Source of the DNA: Wolbachia endosymbiont of Drosophila innubila
Lineage (GTDB): Bacteria; Pseudomonadota; Alphaproteobacteria; Rickettsiales; Anaplasmataceae
Direction: 5' to 3'
Length of the DNA stretch: 32,000 nt
NCBI RefSeq assembly: GCF_021378375.1
Contig: NZ_CP076228.1
Span: 780,001 to 812,000 of the forward strand
Shown: in pieces, positions 21,201 to 30,320 of the stretch
How positions within the stretch are numbered: position 1 is the first letter of the stretch
How the letters are laid out: each line of letters opens with the position of its first letter
Made by a program: the position numbers and the translations under genes
Notes under the pieces: model-generated
What the model was told of the DNA's origin: nothing
Database searches by the model: none
What the model saw: only the letters and a program-made list of their open reading frames with translations

Positions 21201-21972
21201 CTATAAAGTTAAGGAACGAGATCCCAGATACAAGTGTCTGGGCACTGGGATGACAGGAGGGGGGGTTGGAATGACACCAGTATGGTTATTAATTGAATAA
21301 ATAACCTCCTTATTTTCAGAAATCATTGGCAAACAAATGTGATGCCATATGTTTTTTGGCTTAGATAAGAGGTGCCCAGTTAAGTCTTCCAGGTGGAGCC
21401 TATGCATCACAAGCACAATTACTCCTTTTTTTCTATCGTTGAGTCTCGTTACTAAAGTCTGATCGAACCAGTTTGTGGCACGTTTTCTAAATGTTTCACT
21501 CAAAGCTTGAGCAGGGTTAAGCGGATCATCCACAATAATAGAGTCACCACCTTCACCGGTTAATGTTCCTCCAACTGATGTTGCGATTCTGTATCCTCTC
21601 TGCACTGTTTGGAATTTATATTTAGTGTTCTGGTCTTTGGATAGTTCTACCTCTGGAAATAGTTCTTTATACCAATCAGATTGCATTATGCACCTGGTAT
21701 CAAGCGAATGTTTTTCACTAAGCAACTTAGAATAACTTGCAACTATTATTCTTGCAGTTGCCCAGTATCCATGCGGGCCACGCAACACTCATACATATGG
21801 ACTTCATTGAACGCGGAGGCATATTGAATATTATGCGCCTTACTTCGCCAGCATTCGCTGCTTCCAGCCTTTCTGCTATGACTTTTATGTACTGATAATC
21901 ATTATACTCACATCCCGGCACCACTGTTTGAAAGCACAGTTCAATGAATTTTAGAAAATTTATATTATCCAT
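21201..21972 (-). pseudogene. Phage large-terminase-like gene, frameshifted and 3'-truncated by a repeat element
   Basis: N-terminal frame 21727-21972 (RRIIFNMPPRSMKSICMSVAWPAWILG, Walker A-like); downstream frame 21201-21788 (RIIVASYSKLLSEKHSLDTRCIMQS...GGTLTGEGGDSIIVDDPLNPAQALS). The C-terminal ~25 aa are encoded by repeat sequence. Confidence 0.8.
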
Positions 21973-22088
21973 ATGTGTATTTTAGTGAATGGAATGTAGA
22001 CTTTAATAGTTTTGATTTGTCTTGTAAGATTGAGGTGTTACAGTGACAGGCTTACAATGCTGCTAATTTAGTAAATAACCTACGAGTG

Positions 22089-23582
22089 CTATTTCTTCAA
22101 CTTTATCGAAGTAAAGAATTGATTTCCATTGCGGTAAATGAGCAACATTATTGAATCTTTACCGTTTTTCTTTACTGCTGAATCAACTTGTTTTTGAAAA
22201 TCATTAGTATTTTCTATATCGGTTCCATCTAATTGGATAATAATGTCTCCTTTTTTAATACCACGCAACGTGGCATTACTGTTACTATCTACATTGGTAA
22301 CTATCACACCTTTTGTAGGTACATTATTTTTACTTTCTTTTGATTCTTTTGGCAGATTTGAAACAGTTAAACCGGTTACATAATCAGATGTTGATTTATT
22401 TTCTTCTTGATTGTTATCTTGGCCATCATTTGTAGATTCTCCGATCACAACTTTAATATTAACCTCTTTGCTCTTTCTAAGTAACTTAACTTGCACTTTT
22501 TTCTCAGGTCCAGCTCTTGAAACCATTTGAGGTAATTGTGTCATTCTATCGATTTTTTTACCGTCAAATTCTAATAATATATCACCTACTTTAATCCCAC
22601 CTTTTTCTGCAGGACTATCCTTTACTATACTTGCAACCAATGCGCCTTTTATATCTTTTAAACCCAAGGACTCAGCAAATTCTTTCGTTATAGGCTGAAC
22701 TTGCACACCAAGCCAACCATGTTTTATTTTCTTGCCACTTTTTAATGTGTCAATAATTGACATAGCTAAATTAGATGGTATGGCAAAACCTATACCCACG
22801 TTGCCGCCAGACTCAGATGGAGAATAGATAGCAGTATTAATACCTATAACTTTTCCATTTAAATCAAATAACGGTCCTCCAGAATTACCCCTATTAATTG
22901 CAGCATCAGTTTGAATAAATTCATTCATAGTGCCAATACTAATGTCCCTGGACCTTGCAGATATAATTCCTGTGCTTACAGAGCCACCCAAACCAAATGG
23001 GTTACCTATTGCCATAACCGTATCACCAACCCTTGCTTTATCAGAATCACCAAATGCAACAGAAGAAAGATCTTTATTAGAATTAATCTTAAGCACAGCA
23101 AGATCAGTTCTTGCATCATAGCCTAAAACTTCTGCTTTGAAATAAGTATTATCGTTCATAGTAACTGTGATATCTTTGGCGTTTTTAATAACGTGATAAT
23201 TGGTTACTATAGTTCCACCTTTATCTATAATAAACCCAGAACCAAGCAACACCACCTCTTTGTTAACACTAGGGCCCCTATCCATAAAAAACTGATCAAA
23301 ATGCTCAAAAAACTCTCTAAAATCATCAAAAAAATTATTTCCTGGCATAGATGGAACTCTAGTTCTGCTGTTATTTTCTTGTTTGATGATTTGTTCGCTT
23401 GAAATATTTACAACCGCAGGAATGAGTTCTTCCACTAAATCGGCAAGTCCTTGATTACAGTTGCATGCAGTAGTGCTAGCATCAACGACCTTTTTTGCAT
23501 TCCAATCAAACATATTAGCATACGAAGAAAACGCAATTAGAAAATATGCAAATATAGATAAAATAAATGCCTTACTTTTCAT
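22089..23582 (-). CDS. htrA: Do/DegP-like periplasmic serine endoprotease
   Basis: Signal peptide; catalytic TNYHV, DLAVLKI, GNSGGPLFD; two PDZ domains (HGWLGVQVQPI and KGVIVTNVDSNSNATLRGIKKGDIIIQLDG). Confidence 0.95.
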   Translation of the reverse strand: MKSKAFILSIFAYFLIAFSSYANMFDWNAKKVVDASTTACNCNQGLADLVEELIPAVVNISSEQIIKQENNSRTRVPSMPGNNFFDDFREFFEHFDQFFMDRGPSVNKEVVLLGSGFIIDKGGTIVTNYHVIKNAKDITVTMNDNTYFKAEVLGYDARTDLAVLKINSNKDLSSVAFGDSDKARVGDTVMAIGNPFGLGGSVSTGIISARSRDISIGTMNEFIQTDAAINRGNSGGPLFDLNGKVIGINTAIYSPSESGGNVGIGFAIPSNLAMSIIDTLKSGKKIKHGWLGVQVQPITKEFAESLGLKDIKGALVASIVKDSPAEKGGIKVGDILLEFDGKKIDRMTQLPQMVSRAGPEKKVQVKLLRKSKEVNIKVVIGESTNDGQDNNQEENKSTSDYVTGLTVSNLPKESKESKNNVPTKGVIVTNVDSNSNATLRGIKKGDIIIQLDGTDIENTNDFQKQVDSAVKKNGKDSIMLLIYRNGNQFFTSIKLKK

Positions 23583-23585
23583 AGA

Positions 23586-24458
23586 CTATTTCCACCCCTT
23601 ATTTAAAATATCTAAAAAGTTATTGTTTGGTGAAAGTACAAATTTAGTATTATTTTCGGCAAATGATTTACTGTAAGCGCTCATAGAGCGATAAAAGTTA
23701 AAGAACTCTTCATCGACCTTAAATGCCTCATTATAAACTCTAGTTGCTTCAGCATAACCACGGCCCCTTATTTCGTACGATTCTTTTACTGCACTGGAGA
23801 TAATTTCCCTTTTTAATTTATCAGCTTTTGATCTAACTTCCTGCCCAGCTTGCTCTCCTTCTGCTCTAATTTCTTTTGCTTCTTTTTCCCTTTCAGTTTG
23901 CATACGGCGAAATATTGCAGAACTATTTTCTTCTGGTAAGTCTGCTCTCTTAATTCTTACATCTATTATTTCTATGCCAAATTTTTCAGCTTCAGAATAA
24001 ACTCCACGCTGAATCAATTGCATAACCTCTGATCTTTTTTCATTCAACAAGCTAATCAACGAAAATCTGCCTATATTTTCTCTTATGTGTGCTTCTATAA
24101 CCGGATATAATCTTCTAACCAGACCTGATTCATTCCTCACAGCCTGGTAAAAAGTAACAGGATTTGTTATTTTATATTTTGCATACGCATCTACTATAAT
24201 ACGTTTTTGATCCGCTGTTATCACTTCCCTTGGGATCTTATCAGGACTTAAATCTAAAACTCTTTTATCAAGAAACTCTACACTATTTATGAATGGCAAC
24301 TTAAAATATAAGCCACTTTCCCTAACATCCCTTACAACTTTACCGAGTTGTATAACTATCGCTTGCTTTGTTTCTTGCACAACAAATATTGAATTAAATA
24401 AAACAATCAGTAAAACAACAAATACAGAAACAAAAACAATTTTAATATTACTACTCAT
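23586..24458 (-). CDS. hflC: HflC membrane protease modulator (SPFH family)
   Basis: N-terminal TM; ETKQAIVIQLGKVVRDVRESGLYFKLPFINSVEFLDKRVLDL; paired with hflK. Confidence 0.93.
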   Translation of the reverse strand: MSSNIKIVFVSVFVVLLIVLFNSIFVVQETKQAIVIQLGKVVRDVRESGLYFKLPFINSVEFLDKRVLDLSPDKIPREVITADQKRIIVDAYAKYKITNPVTFYQAVRNESGLVRRLYPVIEAHIRENIGRFSLISLLNEKRSEVMQLIQRGVYSEAEKFGIEIIDVRIKRADLPEENSSAIFRRMQTEREKEAKEIRAEGEQAGQEVRSKADKLKREIISSAVKESYEIRGRGYAEATRVYNEAFKVDEEFFNFYRSMSAYSKSFAENNTKFVLSPNNNFLDILNKGWK

Positions 24459-24460
24459 GG

Positions 24461-25495
24461 TTATTTTCCTAAATTTGTAAGAGGTAAATAAGAAAACATA
24501 CCTTTCAGATCATCAGTTACAACAACTTTGTCTACCTTACTGAAAATATTTTCCATAGTTTCAAGATAAATACGATTCTTAACGAGAGAAGGATTCTGTC
24601 TATATTCCTCATAAAGAGATAAAAAGCGATTTGCATTACCTTTTGCTTCATTTATTATTTCATTTTCATATGCTTGTGCATCTAATTTTATCTTTATCGC
24701 TTCACCCTTTGCTCGAGGTATAATATCATTATTATAAGCATATGCTTCGTTTATAGTACGCTCTTTGTCTGCACGAGCACTTTGTACATCTCTAAACGAA
24801 CTGATTACTTTTTCTGGTGGATCAATTTTTTTCATTTGAACAGATAAAATCTCTATACCCATTTGGTATCCATGAAGAATCTGCTGCAATAGAATTCTAG
24901 TATCTCTAGAAATTTCTGGTCTGCCTTGACCAAGTGCAAAAGAGATCGTATTTTTACCTATTATTTCTCTCATGGCACTTTCAGCAGCATTTTTAACACT
25001 GAAACCGGGTTTGTAATCCCGCACTTTGAATAAATAGTCCTTAGCATCTCTAACGCGCCACTGAACCTCGAAGTTAACGTTGACTATATTTTCATCTCCA
25101 GTTAGCATCACGCCTTCACCGCGATCTGTATCTCGCCCATAAGAACTACTTACCCCAATTTCTTCACGATTTACTTCCTTAACGTTCACTTTAAAAACCT
25201 TGCCAATAGGGTAGGGGAAGTGATAACGCAAACCAGGTGTTTCTGTATTAGAATATTTACCAAAGGTAAGTTCTATACTTTCTTCACTAGGATGGACAAT
25301 ATAAAATCCAGTGCAAGCATAGAACAGCAAAATAATGAAAATGATGAAATAAGGTTTTTTGCCCCTGTTTCTGGTTAATCCATTAAGAAAGAACCTTATA
25401 TCAGATACAGCTTTACTTAAAATATCTTCATTATTAGGAGTTTTGTTCCCTACCGGTTTCTTTCCCAAATTCCAAGGATTATTATCATCAAACAT
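24461..25495 (-). CDS. hflK: HflK membrane protease modulator (SPFH family)
   Basis: FDDNNPWNLGKK, EESIELTFGKYSNTETPGLRYHFPYPIGKVFKVNV, VNFEVQWRVRD. Confidence 0.93.
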   Translation of the reverse strand: MFDDNNPWNLGKKPVGNKTPNNEDILSKAVSDIRFFLNGLTRNRGKKPYFIIFIILLFYACTGFYIVHPSEESIELTFGKYSNTETPGLRYHFPYPIGKVFKVNVKEVNREEIGVSSSYGRDTDRGEGVMLTGDENIVNVNFEVQWRVRDAKDYLFKVRDYKPGFSVKNAAESAMREIIGKNTISFALGQGRPEISRDTRILLQQILHGYQMGIEILSVQMKKIDPPEKVISSFRDVQSARADKERTINEAYAYNNDIIPRAKGEAIKIKLDAQAYENEIINEAKGNANRFLSLYEEYRQNPSLVKNRIYLETMENIFSKVDKVVVTDDLKGMFSYLPLTNLGK

Positions 25496-25577
25496 AATGA
25501 TTGATTCTATAATTAATACGCTAATATTACTTCTTTAATAAGAAAATGCAAACATAAATTGCTATTTTATTTACAAA

Positions 25578-25793
25578 TTAATCATCAGGATGGAAAACAT
25601 GATCGTACACTTCCTTTTCTCTATGTAATATGGTCGACTCTATGGAATTTTCTGGCTTTTTTTTGAATTCTTTGTTGTCACTCTTTAAGTGCACTACGTC
25701 TTTGTGAAAATGGGAATTATACCTAAATAGTAAAGCTATTATTATTAAAGTTATAACAGCCAAAAAGATGAGTGTTCTTTTTCTATACTTCAT
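25578..25793 (-). CDS. Small single-TM hypothetical protein upstream of hflK
   Basis: 71 aa ORF; TM LIFLAVITLIIIALLFRY; same strand as hflK. Confidence 0.5.
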   Translation of the reverse strand: MKYRKRTLIFLAVITLIIIALLFRYNSHFHKDVVHLKSDNKEFKKKPENSIESTILHREKEVYDHVFHPDD

Positions 25794-25948
25794 AAATGCT
25801 GCAGCTTCTTGACCTAATTTTCTATGTTACCACAAAACACGTCAAGCGAAATTATTTGAAGACAAATAAATACTGGCAATCAATTTAACACTAACTTAAG
25901 AATCAAGGAATACAATTATAATATATTTAATTAATAGTGAGGTTTAAA

Positions 25949-27472
25949 ATGTTACATAATGAAAAAAATTCAAATTCTGTTGGAACTCAACAAAACCAAC
26001 CAGAAGATAGTTTTGATTTGAATAAAACGATGCAAAATCTACCAAATTCAGATATTGCTAATGATCACAAGAAGCTAAAAGAAAGAATGACTGACCTGTT
26101 AAAAGGAGATACAGAATTCTCTAAGATGAAACAAGGAGATAAGATTCTTGTAGTAAGTACAGCAAGTGGATTATTTACGGCAGTACTACCACTTTTGGCA
26201 GTTGGTGCAACACTTGCTATACCGGGTGCTATAGTTGGTCTTGCTTTATATTTCGCTGTAAAAGTCGCTGTAAAAGCAGTTCAATCTGGATATAAAGGGC
26301 TCAAGTGGTCAGCAGAAAAAACAGTTGATGGGGCGAAATATACTGCTGGGAAAGTTAAGGACGCATCAACATACGCTGCCGGAAAAGTTAGAGATGGTGC
26401 TATGCATGTTAAAGATAAGGTGAAAGAAGGTTATGAACATTCAGTAGATTCACTGAAAAAAGGCGCTAGTTTTGTAGGCGAAGGAGTGGCAAATAAGTTC
26501 CATAAGGCATCTGGTGAGACGGACTATTTAGATAAGGTAAAAAGGTTTACTCCAGATGCAATTAAGAAATCTGACGAAATAAGAAATGATATGAAAGCAA
26601 TTTTTGCTGATAAAGGAAATAATTCTGGGTTAGTGAAAAATATACTTTCTGGAATATCGTCAGAAATTGATTTAAAAATGGCAGAGAAGGCAAAATCAGG
26701 GGAGATTGAACATACTTCTGGATGGCAAGCACAGAAAGAATTCATTAATAATTTAAATGAAAAAAGCTTGCATAACTTGTTAATACAAAGGTCATTACCT
26801 AAAGGTAGTTATTTCATCGACAGTGTTTTCTCTGAACATCACGATGAAATTAAGAAGGTTATTAAAGAATGTAGAAAAAATCATTTGTACTCAAGCGTAA
26901 GCAATATGTTTGACAGAGCAGAGAAAAAAGCTAACAGGCCTTCTGTCAAAAGTTTAACTAGGTCTGTGTCATCATCATTCTCTTCACTGGGAAGAAAAGG
27001 CTCTGAACAATCTAACAGCTTGTCAAAAAGCAATTCACTAAATTCTATAGGAACTGAAAGTACTGCTACTGTCTCTGATTCAGATTCTCAGAACTTTGCA
27101 ACAGTCCGTAGAAGCAATTCATCTAGTAGCTTAACTCCTAAGCTTACTCCAGTTGCTCCACCAGAACTACCTAGAAGCGCCTCATTGACTAACTTAAATG
27201 GACAAAGTTCTTTCAGTGAAGATGTTCTCAGTGATCCTATTGTGGAGCAAAACCTGGATAGTTTGAGTAACAGGACTCTCACTCACAGTAATTCTACTGA
27301 TAGTGGAATGGGTTCTGGTTCTTCTACGCTAACAAGAAAACAAGCTCTTCCTTTAAAAGAAGAATTTGACAGAGAACTCGAAGAAAAGTTGGCAAAACGA
27401 CGCGCATCTCTAGATCAACCTAGTGCAGAACCTGTCAACTCAAGAGCTACAGCAACTCCAGGAACAGTGTAA
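25949..27472 (+). CDS. Putative secreted effector, WalE1-like (synuclein-like 11-mer region, Ser-rich C-terminus)
   Basis: Track ORF 25937..27472; the second ATG at 25949 is a likely start. Hydrophobic segment (~res 76-111), six 11-residue units at 26315-26512, long polar Ser-rich tail. Sits beside hflK-hflC-htrA. Confidence 0.6.
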   Translation: MLHNEKNSNSVGTQQNQPEDSFDLNKTMQNLPNSDIANDHKKLKERMTDLLKGDTEFSKMKQGDKILVVSTASGLFTAVLPLLAVGATLAIPGAIVGLALYFAVKVAVKAVQSGYKGLKWSAEKTVDGAKYTAGKVKDASTYAAGKVRDGAMHVKDKVKEGYEHSVDSLKKGASFVGEGVANKFHKASGETDYLDKVKRFTPDAIKKSDEIRNDMKAIFADKGNNSGLVKNILSGISSEIDLKMAEKAKSGEIEHTSGWQAQKEFINNLNEKSLHNLLIQRSLPKGSYFIDSVFSEHHDEIKKVIKECRKNHLYSSVSNMFDRAEKKANRPSVKSLTRSVSSSFSSLGRKGSEQSNSLSKSNSLNSIGTESTATVSDSDSQNFATVRRSNSSSSLTPKLTPVAPPELPRSASLTNLNGQSSFSEDVLSDPIVEQNLDSLSNRTLTHSNSTDSGMGSGSSTLTRKQALPLKEEFDRELEEKLAKRRASLDQPSAEPVNSRATATPGTV

Positions 27473-27498
27473 TAAGTAAAACTTCTACCTTCTCCAAA

Positions 27499-27532
27499 AG
27501 GATGTTACTCAATGAGTAACGTCCTTTTTTTG
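27499..27532 (+). terminator. Rho-independent terminator
   Basis: AGGATGTTACTC-AAT-GAGTAACGTCCT followed by a T-run; 12 bp stem including one T-G pair, 3 nt loop. Confidence 0.85.
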
Positions 27533-27559
27533 TTTTTAAACTATAGAAAAATCCTAGAT

Positions 27560-27825
27560 CCCAGCGGTATGCGTACAACCGTATGAACATTGTGATTTCT
27601 CTGCTAGGAAAGGTGTCATCCGAGTAGCTGACACTGGGATCCAGGAAAGTTTGCTTGTTTACAAGCAAACTAGCATAGGAAGTGGTTACAACGTTTTCGA
27701 TGAGATTATATGGAAAACTGGATTCCAGTGTCAAGCACTGGAATGACATCACAGGGGCACTGGGATGACACCTTTACGTTTGAGGCAAACTAGCTATAAC
27801 ACTTAACATACTACCTTTGCAAACA
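27560..27825. repeat. Cluster of Wolbachia short palindromic repeats
   Basis: GTGTCATCCGAGTAGCTGACACTGGGATCCAG, CTGGATTCCAGTGTCAAGCACTGGAATGACA, GGGGCACTGGGATGACACC; plus perfect hairpin AGTTTGCTTG-TTTA-CAAGCAAACT (27648-27671). Confidence 0.8.
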
Positions 27826-27913
27826 AATGTTCATACAGTACGCGCTGGCGTTATTTTCTCTTGATGAATAAATCTCGGTAGAGTATAGTAGCAATGCATT
27901 TATGTAGCTACTA

Positions 27914-28249
27914 ATGAATAATTTAGTTTTGGTTTATACAACTTTTTCAAATTTTGAGGAGGCTAAAACTGTTTCTGAAGAATTGTTAAACGAGAAATTA
28001 ATTGTATGTGTAAATATATTTCCCGAAGTGAATTCTCTGTATTTATGGGAAGGTAAAATTAGTAATAGTTGTGAAGTAGTGGCAATTATGAAGAGCAGGA
28101 ATGATCAAGTTGATAAAATTGTAGAAAAAATCGAAGCAATGCATTCTTATGATCAGCCAGCTATTGCTGTGATGCCCATAGAAAAAGCAAATAAATCTTT
28201 TACTAATTGGGCTAATAGTGTTATTGATGTAAGTAGTATTGGGGTGTAG
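27914..28249 (+). CDS. cutA: Divalent-cation tolerance protein CutA
   Basis: YTTFSNFEEAKTVSEELLNEKLIVCVNIFPEVNSLYLWEGKISNSCEVVAIMKSR. Confidence 0.93.
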   Translation: MNNLVLVYTTFSNFEEAKTVSEELLNEKLIVCVNIFPEVNSLYLWEGKISNSCEVVAIMKSRNDQVDKIVEKIEAMHSYDQPAIAVMPIEKANKSFTNWANSVIDVSSIGV

Positions 28250-28314
28250 CCAAGTGGTAAGGCAGCGGTTTTTGATACCGCCACGCGAAGGTTCGAATCC
28301 TTCCACCCCAGCCA
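28240..28314 (+). tRNA. tRNA-Gln (anticodon TTG), CCA encoded
   Basis: TGGGGTGTAGCCAAGTGGTAAGGCAGCGGTTTTTGATACCGCCACGCGAAGGTTCGAATCCTTCCACCCCAGCCA; acceptor TGGGGTG/CACCCCA. Confidence 0.95.
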
Positions 28315-28332
28315 TATTGAAGTGGGTGTGAA

Positions 28333-28908
28333 ATGATATCACTTTTCTATAAATTAAGATTATTGAATTATATATTAGGTAGTCTAAAAGATATAATTGT
28401 GAAACTGTTTCTCTTCACAATGTATCTTTACACATTCAGCATTGTGCTCATGTTTCTCAGCAATGGTTTTTGGTATGCTGTAGAATTTTGCTCTTTCAAA
28501 AATGCGTTTTACCGTTTGTTTCAATATTGCAAGTGGTATTATGAAAATAGGGAAGATCTCGGTTACGGAATTTCTATTCGAATATTAGTGGCGTTTCTTA
28601 CTCCGCATTTTCTCTATAAATTATTACTTGGCACAGGCTGGAAGTCCTTTTTAAAGGAAAAGATAATACAGATACTCAACACAAGAAGAAAAAAGGGTAG
28701 TGAGTTCAGTAACAGTAGCAAACCAAGTGGCAGTAGTTATAGTGATAAGAATAATTACAGCAATAACAGTGGTAACAATGAGCGTCAAGCTCAAGATGCA
28801 AAGCGAAAAGTAAACATGATAAAGCAGCTATTAATCAAAGATATAGAGGCAACTATAGATAGGAGATTGAATTATATTTTTTTCGGTAAAAGGAGTAAAC
28901 CTCATTAA
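28333..28908 (+). CDS. Membrane protein of unknown function with Ser/Asn-rich linker
   Basis: 191 aa ORF; TM-like YTFSIVLMFLSNGFWYAV and IRILVAFLTPHFLYKLLL, then SNSSKPSGSSYSDKNNYSNNSGNN. Confidence 0.55.
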   Translation: MISLFYKLRLLNYILGSLKDIIVKLFLFTMYLYTFSIVLMFLSNGFWYAVEFCSFKNAFYRLFQYCKWYYENREDLGYGISIRILVAFLTPHFLYKLLLGTGWKSFLKEKIIQILNTRRKKGSEFSNSSKPSGSSYSDKNNYSNNSGNNERQAQDAKRKVNMIKQLLIKDIEATIDRRLNYIFFGKRSKPH

Positions 28909-28923
28909 GTATATAAAAAGGCT

Positions 28924-29211
28924 TTATCTAGTAAGGCTTTTTAAGGTTGGCTGTATTTTATTTTTTACGTATACCGGATCACAATCAGCCAATATACATG
29001 TGTGCACAAAATCTTGACTAAAGTCTGACAACCAAGAAATTGCCTTACGTTTTTCTACCAAGCTTTCTGTTTTTTTACAGTTACTTGCTGCATCAATCAT
29101 TGCCTGCGCTATTACTGATTTCCACAGCAAATAATACCTTTGTATATCATCTGACGTACTATTTGTTTCATAGTGGTTAAAAAATTCTTTAAAATTGAAA
29201 TTGTTTGACAT
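28924..29211 (-). CDS. Small conserved-looking hypothetical protein
   Basis: 95 aa, YYLLWKSVIAQAMIDAASN...RKAISWLSDFSQDFVHTCILADCDPVYVKNKI resembles small alphaproteobacterial proteins with a WL-S-DF--VC--A-LDP pattern. Convergent with 28333-28908. Confidence 0.5.
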   Translation of the reverse strand: MSNNFNFKEFFNHYETNSTSDDIQRYYLLWKSVIAQAMIDAASNCKKTESLVEKRKAISWLSDFSQDFVHTCILADCDPVYVKNKIQPTLKSLTR

Positions 29212-29247
29212 AATGATACCTCTTTGGATTGAAATTTGAAATGATTT

Positions 29248-29698
29248 GAGTTTATGTCGCCACAGCAGATTCCGCTAACAAGCAGCGGGATAACGAATTA
29301 CTTAACCGTCATTACACCGTCATACCGCGATTCATTCGCGGTATCTCGCTAACAAGCAGCGGACCGTCATACTGCCGCGGCGCTAACAAGCAGCGGGATG
29401 ACGGTTGTCAGGCCAGCGCCCCCATGATGTCATTCAAGTAGCTGACACTGGTTCCTTTATGACGGCAGTGCCCCTATGGTGTCATCCCAGCGTTCCTATG
29501 ATGTCATCCCAGTGCCCAGACACTGGGATCCAGGAATTTTGATTGGACACTGGGTTGGTAAGCATAAAAGTGTTATGTAAAATACAACATTCTTGATGGG
29601 ATTGTGTGAAATGCTGGATCCCAGTGTCTGGGCACTGGGATGACACCATAGGAGGCTGCTTGGATGACAAAAAAAGGAGCACTGGAATGACAGCAATC
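29248..29698. repeat. Dense patchwork of short palindromic repeats
   Basis: Multiple copies of CGCTAACAAGCAGCGGG, CGTCATACCGCGATTCATTCGCGGTATCTC and CACTGGGATGACA-type units. Confidence 0.8.
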
Positions 29699-30253
29699 TA
29701 CGTCATACCGCGATTCATTCGCGGTATCTCAGCCGCTAACAAGAGATCCCGCTAACAAGCAGCGGGATGACGATTGTCGTTTAGCCATAAATATTAAGAA
29801 ATTTACCAAATGAAAAAAAAGGCAAAAGAAGCCCTGGGGTTATTATCCGCTTTAAAATATTGGCGTTTTTTATGTTTTAAACGCTTGACAAGCAAGATTA
29901 AGCTGCTTTTAATTGCAACTAACTTACGCTGCAAATGTTTAAGAAGTTTACTAAGCAGAAAAAAAGACAAAGAATCCCCGAGTTAGCTAGTCTTTTACTA
30001 TCTCTGTCGAGTATTGGCATTTTTTGATGTCTTGTAACGCTTTATAAGCGCGTTCAGCTTATTTAGATAAAAATCTAGATGTAGATGAAGTTTTGTAAAG
30101 ACATACAGTATCTATATACTGCAAAAAATTGAACATGAGACGCCGATACATTAAGTAATCCTTACCTTTTAATCTGCAGATTGGCGAAAGCAAATACAAT
30201 AGCTTCACTATCATGATAAGGGCGCTGGCGGAGTTTGTCAAGTAAGTTTTTTG
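29699..30253. repeat. ~555 bp intergenic repeat, copy 2 (inverted relative to 6718-7270)
   Basis: Reads as the reverse complement of copy 1 with few differences; encodes the same spurious 60 aa ORF on the minus strand. Confidence 0.95.
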
Positions 30254-30320
30254 TTTCTATTGAATGACAGTTGTAACCTACGAAAGAAGTCTGTTGTAAT
30301 TTGTACGATATCTTTATAAA

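Noticed and set aside
27447-27752. 101 aa minus-strand ORF
   Set aside because: Runs through short palindromic repeats and the terminator of the upstream gene; no protein-like features.
28043-28342. 99 aa minus-strand ORF across cutA and tRNA-Gln
   Set aside because: Contains the GVEGFEPSRGGIKNRCLTTW peptide typical of spurious ORFs read antisense through tRNA genes.
29482-29696. Two overlapping 66 aa minus-strand ORFs
   Set aside because: Entirely composed of CACTGGGATGACA-type repeats in two frames; sequence is repeat-driven.
29248-29698. Possible CRISPR-like array
   Set aside because: Repeat units are irregular in length and spacing and occur in both orientations, with no uniform spacers and no cas genes in the window.
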